Source of the DNA: the human T2T-CHM13v2.0 reference genome, Homo sapiens
Length of the DNA: 64,000 bases
Assembly (NCBI RefSeq): GCF_009914755.1
Contig: NC_060933.1
Strand: one strand, 5' to 3'
Under the pieces are notes generated by a model that saw only the letters and a list, made by a program, of their open reading frames with translations, did no database searches and was not told the DNA's origin. Positions 12,316 to 25,469 of this stretch are shown piece by piece. Numbering within the stretch: the first letter of the stretch is position 1; the number at the start of each line of letters is the position of its first letter. The translations under genes and the position numbers were made by a program.

Positions 12316-12772
12316 CTTGAAGAAAGAGGAAGGCAAAATAGTCTGAGGAAATGAAATAGCAAGTAAGTACTAGTAATACATAGGAAAACACTGGATGATA
12401 GAAGGCTCTAATAGTGCCCATTCCTGGACACCAGGAATAACAGCCCCAGAAAAGTTCCCTGCTCTTCCAGTAGGGAGCTTATTATAGCTCCTCCAATTTT
12501 AGTTAAACTCCTCATAATAAAACTCCTTATGCAGTTTTTATATTATAATTTTGCATTTCTTTCATACAGTAACATATTATATTGACATCAACCCCCAAAA
12601 TATTTCATTTTGGGCTTTAGAAAAGATAAAGCTGATTCAGAAAATAAGAGTGTAAAATGGCACTCTTCCTAACTCTGAGTTCAGTTATATCATGAAATCA
12701 GCCAGTGAGAGTACTTTAAACCACGGAAATCAATAATCACTACACATCAGAACCCTCACCCCCAGCTCCCAC

Positions 12773-12957
12773 CTGATAACCATGCTCCCGTGGCCTGGAT
12801 CTTAGCACAGATGTCCTTAATTGGTTCCCACCGGCAGCATGATAATCTAGATACAAGAACATTGCAGCTTGGAAAGACAAGAGAAAGCCAAATTTCCCAC
12901 TTAGACGGGAATTCCAATATGACCCAAAGTGTAGCTCAAAGAATACCCTCCTCCTAT
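12773..12957 (-). other. Candidate exon B (185 nt)
   Basis: Acceptor tttgtcttcttgttcctctgaattaag, donor CAG|gtggga, open frame in phase with exon A; motif evidence only. Confidence 0.25.
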
Positions 12958-13692
12958 CTTAATTCAGAGGAACAAGAAGACAAACGTGAAGAAGAATAAA
13001 GAGGAGGAGGAAGTGAGAAAGAAAAGAAGAAAAAGGGGGGGAAATAAAGTGAAAGAAAAAATGGCTTGTCTAAAGTTCTGTTCTTTCCACAGTGGTCAAA
13101 ATGCATGGCCATTAATCATTCTTTGTTTCAGAGAGACTTTTACTGTGAATTTTATTTATCTGTTCCTCTTTTTTATACTGGTATTAGAGTACCCTACAAC
13201 ATGCCTAATTATTAGAACAGGCAAATTCTGGACCACACTTGGCTTCTACACCTCCAAATCCAAGACTGTTCACTCCCATGAGGGCCCTAATGCAATTAAT
13301 GAGATGCAATAAAACATTCTACTTCCAAGAATCAAGGGAAACAAATAAGGGATTCTCAGACACAAAAGAAGCAGCCACAGACAAAACAAGATTAGGGAAA
13401 AGATATTGAACTTGAATCATTGTTTTTGGAGAAACCCAAGAATTTAGATTAGACTCATTAAGAAGTTGCTTTTTGGCAGATTAAATTTCTTATGAAACTG
13501 CTAACGAGTATAATTTCTCAAAGATACTTAGATATAGTTTATCGCAGTTTAGTACTAGTCAAAAACTCATATCCTTTTAAGTATATTCTCTTGAGACTTT
13601 TAAATATCAGAAACATAGCCAAATATCAAAATTTCTCTCAGGCAGTTCAAAGTAGATGGTTTCATAAATTATATCAATGGCACAGAACATAC

Positions 13693-13856
13693 TCTGCAGT
13701 CTCAAGATATAGGATGATTTCTGTAAGTCCATGGATACTTCATTGGTGTATTGTGGGTGTCCCCACGAATCATCACAAAAAGAAGGTGAAGCTGAAATAC
13801 TTGTATTAAAATTTGCAATTTGCTTCATATTTCCAGTGTGTTTCTGCTTTGATATT
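13693..13856 (-). other. Candidate exon A (164 nt)
   Basis: Acceptor ttatttttgcttgtttgaacag, donor GA|gtatgt, one open frame; motif evidence only. Confidence 0.3.
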
Positions 13857-14103
13857 CTGTTCAAACAAGCAAAAATAAGTAATTCTCAGTTACTCTTGGT
13901 AATACCACAGAAATTTTTCTAGTAAAAAAACAGAATCAAAAAACAAAATGGAAGTCTCCAGTCGGACAGGGATCTTGGTCTATTTTGTTTACTAATATAT
14001 CCCTGATGTTTAGAATAGTGCTTGGGAGAGTAGATACTGAATAAATATTTGTTGAATGAATGATTAAACAAATGAATAGAAATTTTAGATTAATAATCTA
14101 AAA

Positions 14104-14230
14104 TTTACTAGTTTTTTATAGTAGTTTTCTATAGGTTTTACTGGTTTTTTATAGGTTTTCTTTTTTTTTTTTACTAGTTTTTCTATAGGTTTTTTTTTTT
14201 TACTAGTTTTTACTAGTTTTCTATAGGTTT
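14104..14230. repeat. Compound low-complexity repeat (tttactag / ctataggttt with T runs)
   Basis: Read directly from sequence. Confidence 0.85.
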
Positions 14231-15206
14231 CATTGCAGTTTGATTGAACCCACATGATTGCATTTTCTTTTTCTATTTTCCATGGTAGATGTACATTTCT
14301 GTCACAGAGAAGCAAAAGAAATCTTTGGAACTTCATATTTCTAACTCATGATTTAACATTCTACAAATTAAAACCTCTTCTTCATAAGAACCCTTTTTCA
14401 CCTAAAAAGTTCATCATGTCAGAAAATCCCTTAACTAAGGAACATATCCAAGTAAAATTATATCAAGAAGCCAATTTAATTTATAATCTTGCTTATTAAA
14501 ATTTGTATTTATGTTATTTATTTCGGCCACTGTTTTTCTATTTAAAAAAGCACAGCCAATCAAAAACAGAAATAAAGACAAACTGGTTTGAAGGGAACAC
14601 CCCATACCCTTTTACTAAGTACCTGAACTTATTTGAGATTTTCAGTAATCTCAAGAAGCTGTAAATACACGGAACACAAAGGAGCAATCATTTCTTAAAG
14701 GAAGAAAAGATAGATATGAAAAGCAGAAGAAATACCGTATCTATTCTGGAAATCTATTAGGGAATATTTTGTTGAAACTAGTTAATGAATACTTTGGGAA
14801 CATCCATATTTGAGAAGGAGAATCAATTTAATTACCATTGTCAATCCAAGTCTTAATCGAACAGGTAATTAATGCTAATTAGTTCAGTACACTTTCTATT
14901 AAATTAAGCGAACAAGTAATTTCATTTAAACTAAGCATGCCCATAGATGTCTATAAATGCAAGTATGTAAAAAAAAAAGATCTCTGGTGTTAATTTTCAG
15001 GAAGATCAAAATACATGAAATTAGGCCTTTCTATTTTGAAAATTAAATTCTAAACTTCCCCTTCATCAAGAAATTAAGACCTTTCTCACTTGAAAATACA
15101 GAAATTTGATTTTGAAAGTGCCCAAGCTTCCAACTCTATTATAGAAAAATTTTATAGTTTTAGGCAACCAATTTTCTTAAACTCCCTTATATAAATTCTT
15201 TAGATA

Positions 15207-15700
15207 AGTGTTCCCCTAATTTGGCTGTGTAGTAGATTCTCCTGGGGAGCTTTTTAAAAATACAGTTCTCGACCGGGCGCGGTGGCTCACGCCTGTAATT
15301 CCAGCACTTGGGGCGGCCAAGGTGGGTGGATCACAAGATCAGGAGATCGAGACTATTCTGGTTAACACGGTGAAACCCCTTCTCTATTAAAAATACAAAA
15401 AATTAGCTGGGCACGGTAGCGGGTGCCCGTAGTCCCAGCTACTCAGGAGGCTGAGGCAGGAGAATGACGCGAACCCGGGAGTCAGAGCTTGCAGTGAGCC
15501 GAGATCGTGCCACTGCACTCCAACTGGGAGACAGAGCGAGACTCCGTCTCAAAAAAAAAATAAATAAATAAAAATACAGTTCTCAGGATTCCTGCCTAGA
15601 TCTACAGAGTCAGAACTTGTACAGGAGAAGCCCAGGAATCCTTATTTCTTTAAAAAATATTTTTTTCCAAGTGATTCTGATGTGCAAACAAGTTTGTGAA
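15207..15700. mobile_element. MER5-type hAT DNA transposon, interrupted by an Alu
   Basis: agattctcctggggagctttttaaaaataca...gagtcagaact...ccaagtgattctgatgtgca. Confidence 0.7.
15271..15570 (+). mobile_element. Alu (Y/Sc-like), full length
   Basis: Alu dimer, TSD aaaaatacagttctc. Confidence 0.95.
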
Positions 15701-15914
15701 TAAAACATTCTAGGTATGTAAGTATCTCCTACCATCACTCCCTGTCTCCACTCTCATTCTTCCACATTTTCCAAGAAGCAATTCTACATAAAAATCAAAC
15801 CAATTATCAGATTTGGAGGATTTATATTTGTGTAAATTAGCCTATAATTCACAAAGGATATACAAATTCCTTGAGGCCCTGGGAGCTATCCAAAGATGAT
15901 TTTGCATTCTCCAT

Positions 15915-16102
15915 AGCTTGCCAGCAAACCACCAACAACTAGGAGAGAAACCAGGGGCAGAGTCTCTTCCACAGCCCCTAGAAAGAATCAACCCTGCTGA
16001 AACCCTGATCTTGGAACTGTAAGATTGTAAAACAATAAATTTTTGTTACCTAAGCCACCCAATTGTGGTACTTTGTTAAGACAATACCAGGAAACTAATA
16101 CA
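15915..16102 (+). mobile_element. MLT1 LTR 3' fragment
   Basis: gccagcaaaccaccaacaactaggagag...ggaaactaataca. Confidence 0.7.
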
Positions 16103-17707
16103 TGGACCCATCACTAGAGCCAGATGAAAGCAGCAGTCTGATCAGGCTTGAGTCATGGGCAGGCCACAACACCAGGAGTGGAATGATAGCACTGAGACAA
16201 GTTGAGGGGAGGAGTGCTTCTCATGGTAAGTTAGAGTTGGAGGATGTATGGGAGCTGGGTAGAATAAACTTCAGCTGTAAACTATATAGTTCTCATCTTT
16301 TTTCAGTGTTAAGGGCATGAAGGCTCACTTCATTTATACCATTGAAAATGACTGTGGTTTCCTTCCCAATTTGAATGAAGCAATGATAACGTAAGATCCC
16401 TGGTAAATAATTACAATGATATCTCAGTAATCAGCATATTTGATCAAAATCTTCTACTTACTTTTCATGATACATAAGGGAAGTTTTGCTATATTAATAT
16501 ATTCAAAACACACCAAAGTAGTAAATTAAACATATGTAGAAATTCTATGAAAGCTAAACTTTGGAATGGGTGTGTAAAAAAAAACATACCAAAAACGAAA
16601 CTAGTTTTCAGGTTGAAGCAAATTCTGTGCAGTACTAATATGTGAGAAGCATGGAATTGTGCTTTAGAGGAGAGTTAAGACACCACTGGTATTAGTGTAT
16701 ATGCTCAGATAATAAAGGTTAAGCCATTGGTATATATATTCATGAAATGGGCCATTAACATTGTTTGTTTTATATTTAACTCTGTAGGGTCTACTAATTT
16801 ACAATTAAATTTAAAAATCCACGAAGACTAATGAGCTAATAATTGCAAAGAACTCTGAGCATGGATAAAAGGCACCAAGGGAGGACAAATTTATATTTGT
16901 GAAAATCGAAACATTTGAGACTTTAATTACATCCTTGGCCAGAACTGACTTGTAATCAGTTATGACGACTAGCTCATTAATGCTTTACTATGGGATTTCT
17001 AAACAACCCGTTGAAAGCCATTTCACTTATCAAATTTGAATATACTTGAGAGCAGAAATTTTCTGGTATCTTCCTGAATGCAGCAGATTGTCTTTTTTCA
17101 TCAAAATTTAAAGGATTCTAATGAGTCCTATAATATAATGGACCTCTGGATTGTCAGAATTTTCATTTCAGTTTTAAACTTGAGTGGTAGGTGAATGTAT
17201 TTCTAGAACAGAGGGGAAAGAATAAATAAAAGAATTCCTTTAAGTCTCAGTGTGAAGATAGTTGTGGGACTAGGCTCAGTGTAATGGAGACCCAAATGCT
17301 TGGTTTTCAGTGTGAGAGCCCTGAGCTTTCCAAACAAAGCCTTAAAAGAGGTGCCAGAGTTTCTCCCAGCATGGTATTTGTCGATCAAATGTTCTGGAAA
17401 ATGTAGGAAAACATGTACATATATACATATTTGTGTGTATACATAATCTCTAATTTAAAAATGCTCAAATCTACAGAAAAATGGAAAGAATAGGTAAATG
17501 TGCAACAGTACAGTGAACACCATTATATCATTCACTTTCATTCCAGCATGTATATTCTGACTTATTTTTATAAATGTTTGAATCTAATGTTTATATTTAA
17601 TATTTACATTAGGAAATGCCAATCAGTAATCCAAATGGTGGGAATTTGGATGATGTTAATTTATTTTTAATTTACTCCTATACATATTCTAAAACAATGG
17701 TTATGTA

Positions 17708-18112
17708 TTGTATTGGTCTGAATGTCCCCCAAAATTCATACTATAGTTTGAATGTTCCCCAAAATTCATGTGCTAAAACTTAATTGCCAGTGTGATAATA
17801 TTAAGAGGTGGGGGCTTTAGGTGGTTAAGTCCTGAGGGTGGAGGCTCCATGGATGGGGTTAACACCTTATAAAAAAGCTTGAGGAACTAAGTTCCTGCAT
17901 TCTGTCCCTTCTGCCCTGTGAGGAAACAGTGTTCCTCCTCTGAAGGACGCAGCAACGGGCATTATCTTGGAAGCTGAGAACAGTCCCCGCCAGACACCAG
18001 ACCTGCCAGTACCTTGATGTTGGACTTCCCAGCCTCCAGAACTATGAGAAGTAATTTTCTATTGTTTATAAGTTACCTGCTCTCAGGTATTTTATTACCA
18101 ACAGACTAAGAC
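17708..18112 (+). mobile_element. MaLR LTR (MST/MLT1A-type)
   Basis: ctgaatgtcccccaaaattcat...ggacttcccagcctccagaactatgaga...cagactaagac. Confidence 0.8.
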
Positions 18113-19803
18113 CACTTATATAAATAAAAAAGAGCATGACATCTTGGAAAACCTTTCTTACTGGGTTATCAGGAAACAATTTCATTAGGGAGCTATTCAA
18201 GGCTTCATACACTTCATGTTAAATATTTAAATCTATATGTAGAGTTGAGATTTGTGATTGGCTGTGAGTTATAGCTATCTTAAACATAGTAAAAAAAAAA
18301 ATAGAAAGACAGAGGGTTTTATTTTTCTCACACACCAGGGAGTTTAGAGGTAAGAACTCCAAGGCTGGTATCTCAGCCCCACAAAGTATAAAATACTCAG
18401 GCTCCTCCCACATTTCTCTGTGTCCTCCTTATGCATTCAGATTCACATGGTTATAAGTAATGTCCTCATTCCAGTCAGGAAGAATGAAGATAGCATATGT
18501 CAGTTAATCTGGCTTCTAAACGAGTGTTTTTTTCTTTCTTTTTTTTTTTTTAAAAAAAATAATAATCCCAACCAAGTAACTTCTGATTATATGTATCTCA
18601 ACGTGTAGAACTAAATTATCTGGTCATATTGATCTGTAGGCAAAGCTGGGGAATGCAATCTTTTGCTGAGCACAATGTCTTTTCTAACAATAGTGAGTGT
18701 GAAGCACAATATTATTTACCACTGAGGGAAAGAAATTTCGTGCTGGTGTAACTATGTCATGATTTCTTCCCACTTAGAATATTTATTTGATAGTCATTGA
18801 AAGATTCATTTTGATTTTTAAATAATTAGAATATTGTCATGTATTATGCTGTTCTATATTCAGGACACTGTGCATATATTTTTATTTCAATGGTAAATTG
18901 TAACAATCTTTTTGAGGACATTATAAAAAGCAAATAAATTCAACATGAATGGTACCAACTATACACATGATTCAGTTGATGTGATGATAATATGATCAGC
19001 ATTGACCGAATTCATATGTCACGTGATGACTGTTATATTATGATGCCTCTTAGCAAACATGGTAGCAAGACATCAACAATGACGAGAGTATGGAACAAAA
19101 AGAAATTTGTCCTGGAACCACTCAGAATGACACCTAAGAATTAACCAGACTGCTGTGAGGTAGTCAGTGTCATCTGAAACACAACTTACTTGTATCTGTG
19201 TGGCAGAAACTTTAAATTTAAATCAGATTCTTTTTTTTTTTTTAAAGAGATGGTGGTATTCTCTTTCAATAAGGAATGATGTAAGAATTAAACATAACTA
19301 TTTTCAAAAAGCAAAAATTCTGAACAGGATAAAACATTTTAGATTTCAGGAGAAGAACTGAGGAAGAAAAATATACCAGGTCCTAAGAAAAGAAAAGAAA
19401 AGAAAAGGATAAGCCAGAGGGCAGAGTAGAAACAGGTATTTGTTCACTGCAAATTTCAAAGAGATAAAGGCACTGGAAATAGAATGGATGCAGGCATTAA
19501 AATTCCATCCTCCAAATGTTAGGGACACAAAATTAAGCTGAGAATGAGGGACATGGAGGATGCTAGGATTATAATTAGCTCATACTTTTGCTGTGATCTT
19601 GCATGCTTTTTATCAGTATAATTAAGGTCACATAATCCCTCATCTAATAGAATATCTGGCAGAGAATGTGCTCAAAATTATTTATTACATTGAATTAGAA
19701 CATTGAAAACTTTTATTGGGATAAGGAGTTGAGAAACACCCCAGGATGTTCATGAGCGTTCCTTTTCAGCAGAGTAGGTCAAAAAGAAGTTTCTCTTAGA
19801 GAT

Positions 19804-19808
19804 TGTGT

Positions 19809-19874
<66 letters not shown>
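19804..19874. repeat. (TG)n microsatellite, ~35 units with two interruptions
   Basis: Read directly from sequence. Confidence 0.98.
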
Positions 19875-19875
<1 letters not shown>

Positions 19876-20018
19876 GGGTGATATTCAGATTACTCTGTGA
19901 CTTTGGAACACAGGTAGGAACCAGCAGAGAGGAGTCAGTCATATCCATCAAAACTAAAGAAGCTTAAAAGTTACATGATGAAAGAATATTCTAGTTGTCT
20001 AGCTTATAAGAAAAATCA

Positions 20019-20301
20019 ACCAGGTGTGGTGGCTCATGCCTGTAATCCCAGCACTTTGGGAGGCCGAGGCGGGCAGATTGCCTGAGCTCAGGAGTTCACG
20101 AACAGCCTTGGGCAACACGGTGAAATCCTGTCTCTACTAAAATACAAAAAATTAGCTGGGCGTGGCGGCATATGCCTGTAGTACCAGCAGCTCGGGAGGC
20201 TGAGGCAGGAGAATTGCTTGAACCTGGGAGGCGGAGTTGAAGTGAGCCGAGATCGCACCATCGCACTCCAGCCTGGGCAACAGAGGAAGACTCCATCAAA
20301 A
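20019..20301 (+). mobile_element. AluS
   Basis: Alu dimer, TSD aagaaaaatca. Confidence 0.92.
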
Positions 20302-20736
20302 GAAAAATCATGGGATAGAGTTTCAGTAAAAACAATGAGTTCTTAATTTATATTAGATGTAATTCAATTACATTTTTTAATGTACATTCTCTCCGTAGCT
20401 TCCTGAATTGAGTACTGTGGGAAGACAACAGAAGAGAGTGATAGATTGTAAAGAGAGGCTTGGATTCAGTGACAAACTTTTCTGGGCTCCACTCCAGATT
20501 TAAAAAGTCAGCATCTCTGCAGTTTTGACTTTAGCATCTGTTCTTTAAAAATCTGCCAGGGTGATTCTGATGTGCAGCTCTATTTTGGATCCTCCAGACT
20601 GGATTATGTCTAGAGTTCCTTTCAGCCCTCAAGTTGCAGACTTTAACACATTTATCATGCATTCAACAAACCTACTAGTTTTTACTGGCAGCTGGCAGCT
20701 CTGCTAGTTCTCATCTGTCCTTAAAATATAGAAGAT

Positions 20737-21718
20737 TATGAGAATCTCATTAACTTTCAAATAGGCTCATGTTAAGGAAACTCCAGAGCCAACTAAATCC
20801 CCCAGAGATACAGAGCCTGAAGAATTCTCAGGATAGGAGAAGAGCAAGAGTGTGCTGCTAATCTTATAATGTTAACATTTCCACCTATTATCTTCAATTC
20901 CCTGCCCCTATATGTTTCTGTAACAGCAAAACTTTATTGCAGTCACAAAAGTCTCCACTATGCAATGAAGGATGGCCTGGAGACCACCAAACTACTTCCA
21001 TGGAAGAACAAGACTGCTCAACCATAAAGACTGTGATCCTTTGATACTCAGCTCACTCAACCTGTAAGGAAGTCTTCCGCCAGAAGAGGTGTAGTGGTGG
21101 GTTTGATAACTCAGAGCAACATCAGGAGAACTCAAGAAATAAATATATCTTCCTTTGAATGTAAGCAAAATCAGATACCTCTCTTTCTGTCTTGTTTAAT
21201 TGGACCAGACTTCCTTATAATAAAGCAAACATGGCATTGGACCCCAGTTAGGAGCTTTCCACTTTACAGGCTGTAGAAGAGACTGCAAGAGCATCAGACA
21301 TTCATTGATATATACAGCTGTGGCTACAGTGAAGGTAATAAAAGAGGGTTACATGTTTACTAGAAGTTTTCCAACAAATATAACTATAAATGTTCCACAT
21401 AGATTGTTGGTATTAAAAGGACCTCTATATTTTATAGTTCGTAAAGAATGAGTAGGAAATGGCCAAGAGAGAAAACAGATAAGAGATTCTGGCAGATTGA
21501 AAACTTCAGATCCTTGTGCAAATATGAGAATCTCATTGACTTTCAAATACGCTCATGTTAAGGAAACTCTAGAGCCAACTAAATCCCCCCGAGATACAGA
21601 GCCTGAAGAATTCTCAGGATAGGAGAAGAGCAAGAGTGTGCTGCTAATCTTACAATGTTAACATTTCCACCTGTTATCTTCAATTCCCTGCCCCTATATG
21701 TTTCTGTAACAGCAAAAC
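20737..21718 (+). repeat. Dispersed direct repeat, 196 bp x2 (20737-20932 and 21523-21718)
   Basis: Ungapped match at offset 786 with 6 substitutions. Confidence 0.95.
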
Positions 21719-23416
21719 AGGAAGTTATGAAAGCTAATAGGGAGACCTTTTAACTGAGAGATCGATAAAAACATCAGCTCACGAAGGGTGTGGTGGAGGA
21801 GGATTATATTTCATACTCCACTGATATTTCCTTGTCTACTTCACTGCCTTCGACCAATGAAATGGGAACAAAAGTTATGATTGCCACTTTCACTATAGTT
21901 TTAAGAACCAGTATACAGTCCATGATAGATTTTTCTTTTTTATCTTTGTGGCATGCCCAGATCGGGTTTGTTTCTTCAGTCTGATTCCCAGAATAAAAAT
22001 AATTTGGAGATCTTCAGTCAACTGGTTAATTGCATGTATCATAGCAAGAAATATGTCTTTGTTACTATAAGTCATTGTTATTTGGAAGCCATTTGTTTAT
22101 GTTACATAACACCACTTAAGCTGACTGATACAAAGTGTTTTGTATGTCATTCTAGGAGATGGATTTAATACTGATGTTTGTGAGGACTCAGTAATGGTTT
22201 TTAAACTAAGAAGCAAATGGATAGAGATGTTAACTATGAAGGATGAAAGGAAACATTGAAGCAGTAGATTGGGAGCTTCTTCCACAACTAGCAAGCTCTA
22301 AATGCTATCATTCCTCATATCCGCATGTTTATAGACATTCTCATCTAAAATACAATAACTTAGGAAACAAAAATAAATGCAAATAAAAATCATAAATATT
22401 TTAATACTTTATTATGATCCCAACTGCTCCATTATAATTATCAGCAAAGGAGAATTTATTCTTTATCAAAATAATTCTTAACATTCCTCAAAGCTGTCTT
22501 AATTTTAAGGTCACTGGAAACTCTTTGTCTCTAAAGATTCAGAAAAAATCTACTCTTACAATTAATAATGTATGGCCAATGGATGTGAATGGCAGTAATT
22601 TTCTTATGTGTCCTAGAAAACCAGCACAAATTGTTGTGTGGTAATATTTTTTCAAAAATATATATTAATATTGACACTATCAGTCATCTATTAAAGAGAT
22701 TCACTGAAAATGCAAATGAAAATAGAGAAATACAAAAAAATCATGAAAATTTACTACATGGATAGATACTGATTTGGGCAGAGTGGCAGATACCCAGATC
22801 AAATTAAATAACAGTTGTCTAAATGTTCCCCAAATTCTGTATGTTTAGCAGTTTTGCAGAGTAAATATTTGGATATCTGGTGGAAGTTTTTGTTTTTTCT
22901 AAGCATGCAGACATTTTATTTGGAAAAAGATACTATTCAAAAATAAAGAGAAAAACACATTCCAACTAAAGAGAACAGTGAAAAGGTCTTTTAAAGTCAG
23001 ATTGACTGGTTTCATTAAGTTCACCAGATGAATTTGTAAGGCCTTCCTTTACCTTGTTTAACTGGTCTTAAAGGCTTAAGGACGTTTTAAGCTCAAATCA
23101 GAGCAGTCTAAAGGAAGTTTCTCAAATTGTGAAATCGGTTCTCAGAAATCATGACGCATCGACTCTTTGGTACATACATTATTAAATGCAAAAGTCTGAA
23201 TAAACTTTTATCTAAAAACATAATAAACACAAGGTCTTCAGAAATGGTTCATTGTGCATTTTTCCCAAGCATGTTGTCTGAATGGTTCTGAAACATAAAA
23301 TAACTCCCATTTATTTTGGTCTGAGTGCAGACTAGTTTAGCTTACAGACAACATGCTGGACACATGTCTGAGAAAGATGACTCAACTTCACTTTTCTTAC
23401 AAATAAGGATAATCCA

Positions 23417-23705
23417 GGCCGGGCGGTGGCTCATGCCTGTAATCCCAGCACTTTGAGAGGACAAGGAGGGCGGATCACAAAGTCAGGAGATCGAGACCAT
23501 CCTGGCTAACACGGTGAAACCCCAACTCTATTAAAAATACAAAAAATTAGCTGGGTGTGGTGGCGGGCGCCTGTAGTCCCAGCTACTCAGGAGGCTGAGG
23601 CAGGAGAATGGTGTGAATCCAGGAGGCGGAGCTTGCAGTGAGCAGAGATTGCACCACTGCACTCCAGCCTGGGCAACAGAGCGAAACTCTGTCTCAAAAA
23701 AAAAA
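23417..23705 (+). mobile_element. AluY
   Basis: Y diagnostics, TSD aaggataatcca. Confidence 0.95.
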
Positions 23706-24349
23706 GGATAATCCAATGTGGAAATTAATAGGAGCAGTTGAAATTATTCAATCAACAGGACTGATGTTTCTTGTTTATTCTGTTTTCAACCTTGGGGTCA
23801 CAGGATTCATAAAATGATTCCCAAAGGCATTTAAGTACATTATAGGAAAAAGAGTTCAAGAGCTAGGTATAGCTCAAACACACTAAGGAACTAAAGAAAT
23901 ATCAAAAGAGACTTGCTAATAAAAACAAATATTTCCCATAGGACAAAGAGGCAGAGAAGCAGAGGACATCTCTGAAATTAGGGCAGGAGAACTAATACCA
24001 TTGTTAAAGAAAGAAGTAGCAATAATTTGGCAGAGGCAATTCAGACAAAAAGTTGTGATAGCATAGAAAGCTCACTGGACAGACACCAGTCCAGTGATTT
24101 GCAGAGACTCAAATATCTTCAGGATCTCTGCACACAGAATCTGAAGATATCTCTGAACAGAGAACCATACATATGCATGTTAAATCCAGAAAAAAATTCG
24201 TTTCAAACACCTGAATCCAAAGACAGATTCTTCAAAGGAGAGAGAGAGATAGAGAGAACAAATATGAATACAAATGGAGAAGTAGAGATGCGCCAAGATA
24301 AATGCCACACACTGAAGATAATGACACAATTTGCCTTTTTTTACTTCAC

Positions 24350-25300
24350 TATTTTTTAATTTTTTTTGAAATTTATCATTGTTCATTAATGTATATTCCT
24401 TTCATTCATTTTAACTGTTGTGTGGGACTCCATTCTGTGAGTCTAGAATAATTCATTAATCCTCCTCCATCACTAAATAATTAAGCTGAGTCCTGTTTTT
24501 AGCTGTAATAAACAAGGTCTCAAAGAGCCTGGGCTCTATTCTTAAAGGGGGAATTGATGAGTCGCAGATTATGTCTGTCTTCAACTTTGTTTTCCAGAAG
24601 GATGGTTTCAATTAATATTCTCACCAATATGTTGAGAATTCCTCTTTCTCTACATTCTTATTTATATTTGGTATTGCTTTTCTGTTTTTTAAAAATATAG
24701 TGTTTTATTCTATATTTCTTACTGCTTTATAAGAAAGTGTGGAGAGAATGAGACAGACGGTGTGGGGGGAGGGACAGATAGAGTTTACTGGTTACATGCA
24801 TTGTAAATATCTTCTTTCAGTTATGTGGGTTATCTTTATTGGCTATATATTCTCTAATTTTTATTCTCTATGCCTCATTCCAGGTGATTTATTGAGATCT
24901 GTGTTTTAGTCCAAAATTTTTTGTATCAGTCTCTGTTCTACTGAAGCAAACATAAGATTAATTTTTTTCATTAGAGTAAGATTAATTTCATTCCTTTGAT
25001 TTCATCTCATTTAACTAAATTTTTACCTTTCTAAATTTTCCATTTGGTTCTTTTTCAAATATATCTGCATTTTAAAAATATTTCCCTGTTGTTTCATATG
25101 TCTTCTATTTGTATTTTCATTTTTATTTTATTTTTAATTTAAAATTTTAATTTTAGAGTACTCTACCATATTTTAATTGGGTTATTTTTTTCTACCATAC
25201 CTCACTTATAGATATTTATCATGTGGTTTCTAATTTGTGACTGTGAGTTCATCTTTACTTAAGGTTTTATTTCTTTCCTTCCCCAATTCGAGTCTTATTT
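24350..25300 (-). mobile_element. Old L1M fragments
   Basis: T-rich degenerate antisense L1 motifs; boundaries approximate. Confidence 0.5.
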
Positions 25301-25469
25301 TCCCTAGGTTTAGATAGTGTCTAAAACTGTACTATAGTGCTGTTCAGAGTTTTGTTTTGTTGTAGTTTTAGGAATTTTAGTAGAACCTGGCCATTTTTCT
25401 CTAAAGTGCTTAGCTTTGGTTCCTACTCCAAGAAGAGGGTGTGAAACCCCAATTATAAGAAAGTATGGG

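Noticed and set aside
18975-19185. Box C/D snoRNA-like motifs (GTGATGA twice, CTGA)
   Set aside because: Spacing is too long and there is no properly placed terminal stem; such short motifs are expected by chance
20737-21718. The 196-bp repeats as the LTRs of a retroelement
   Set aside because: No clear TG...CA termini, TSD, primer-binding site or polypurine tract
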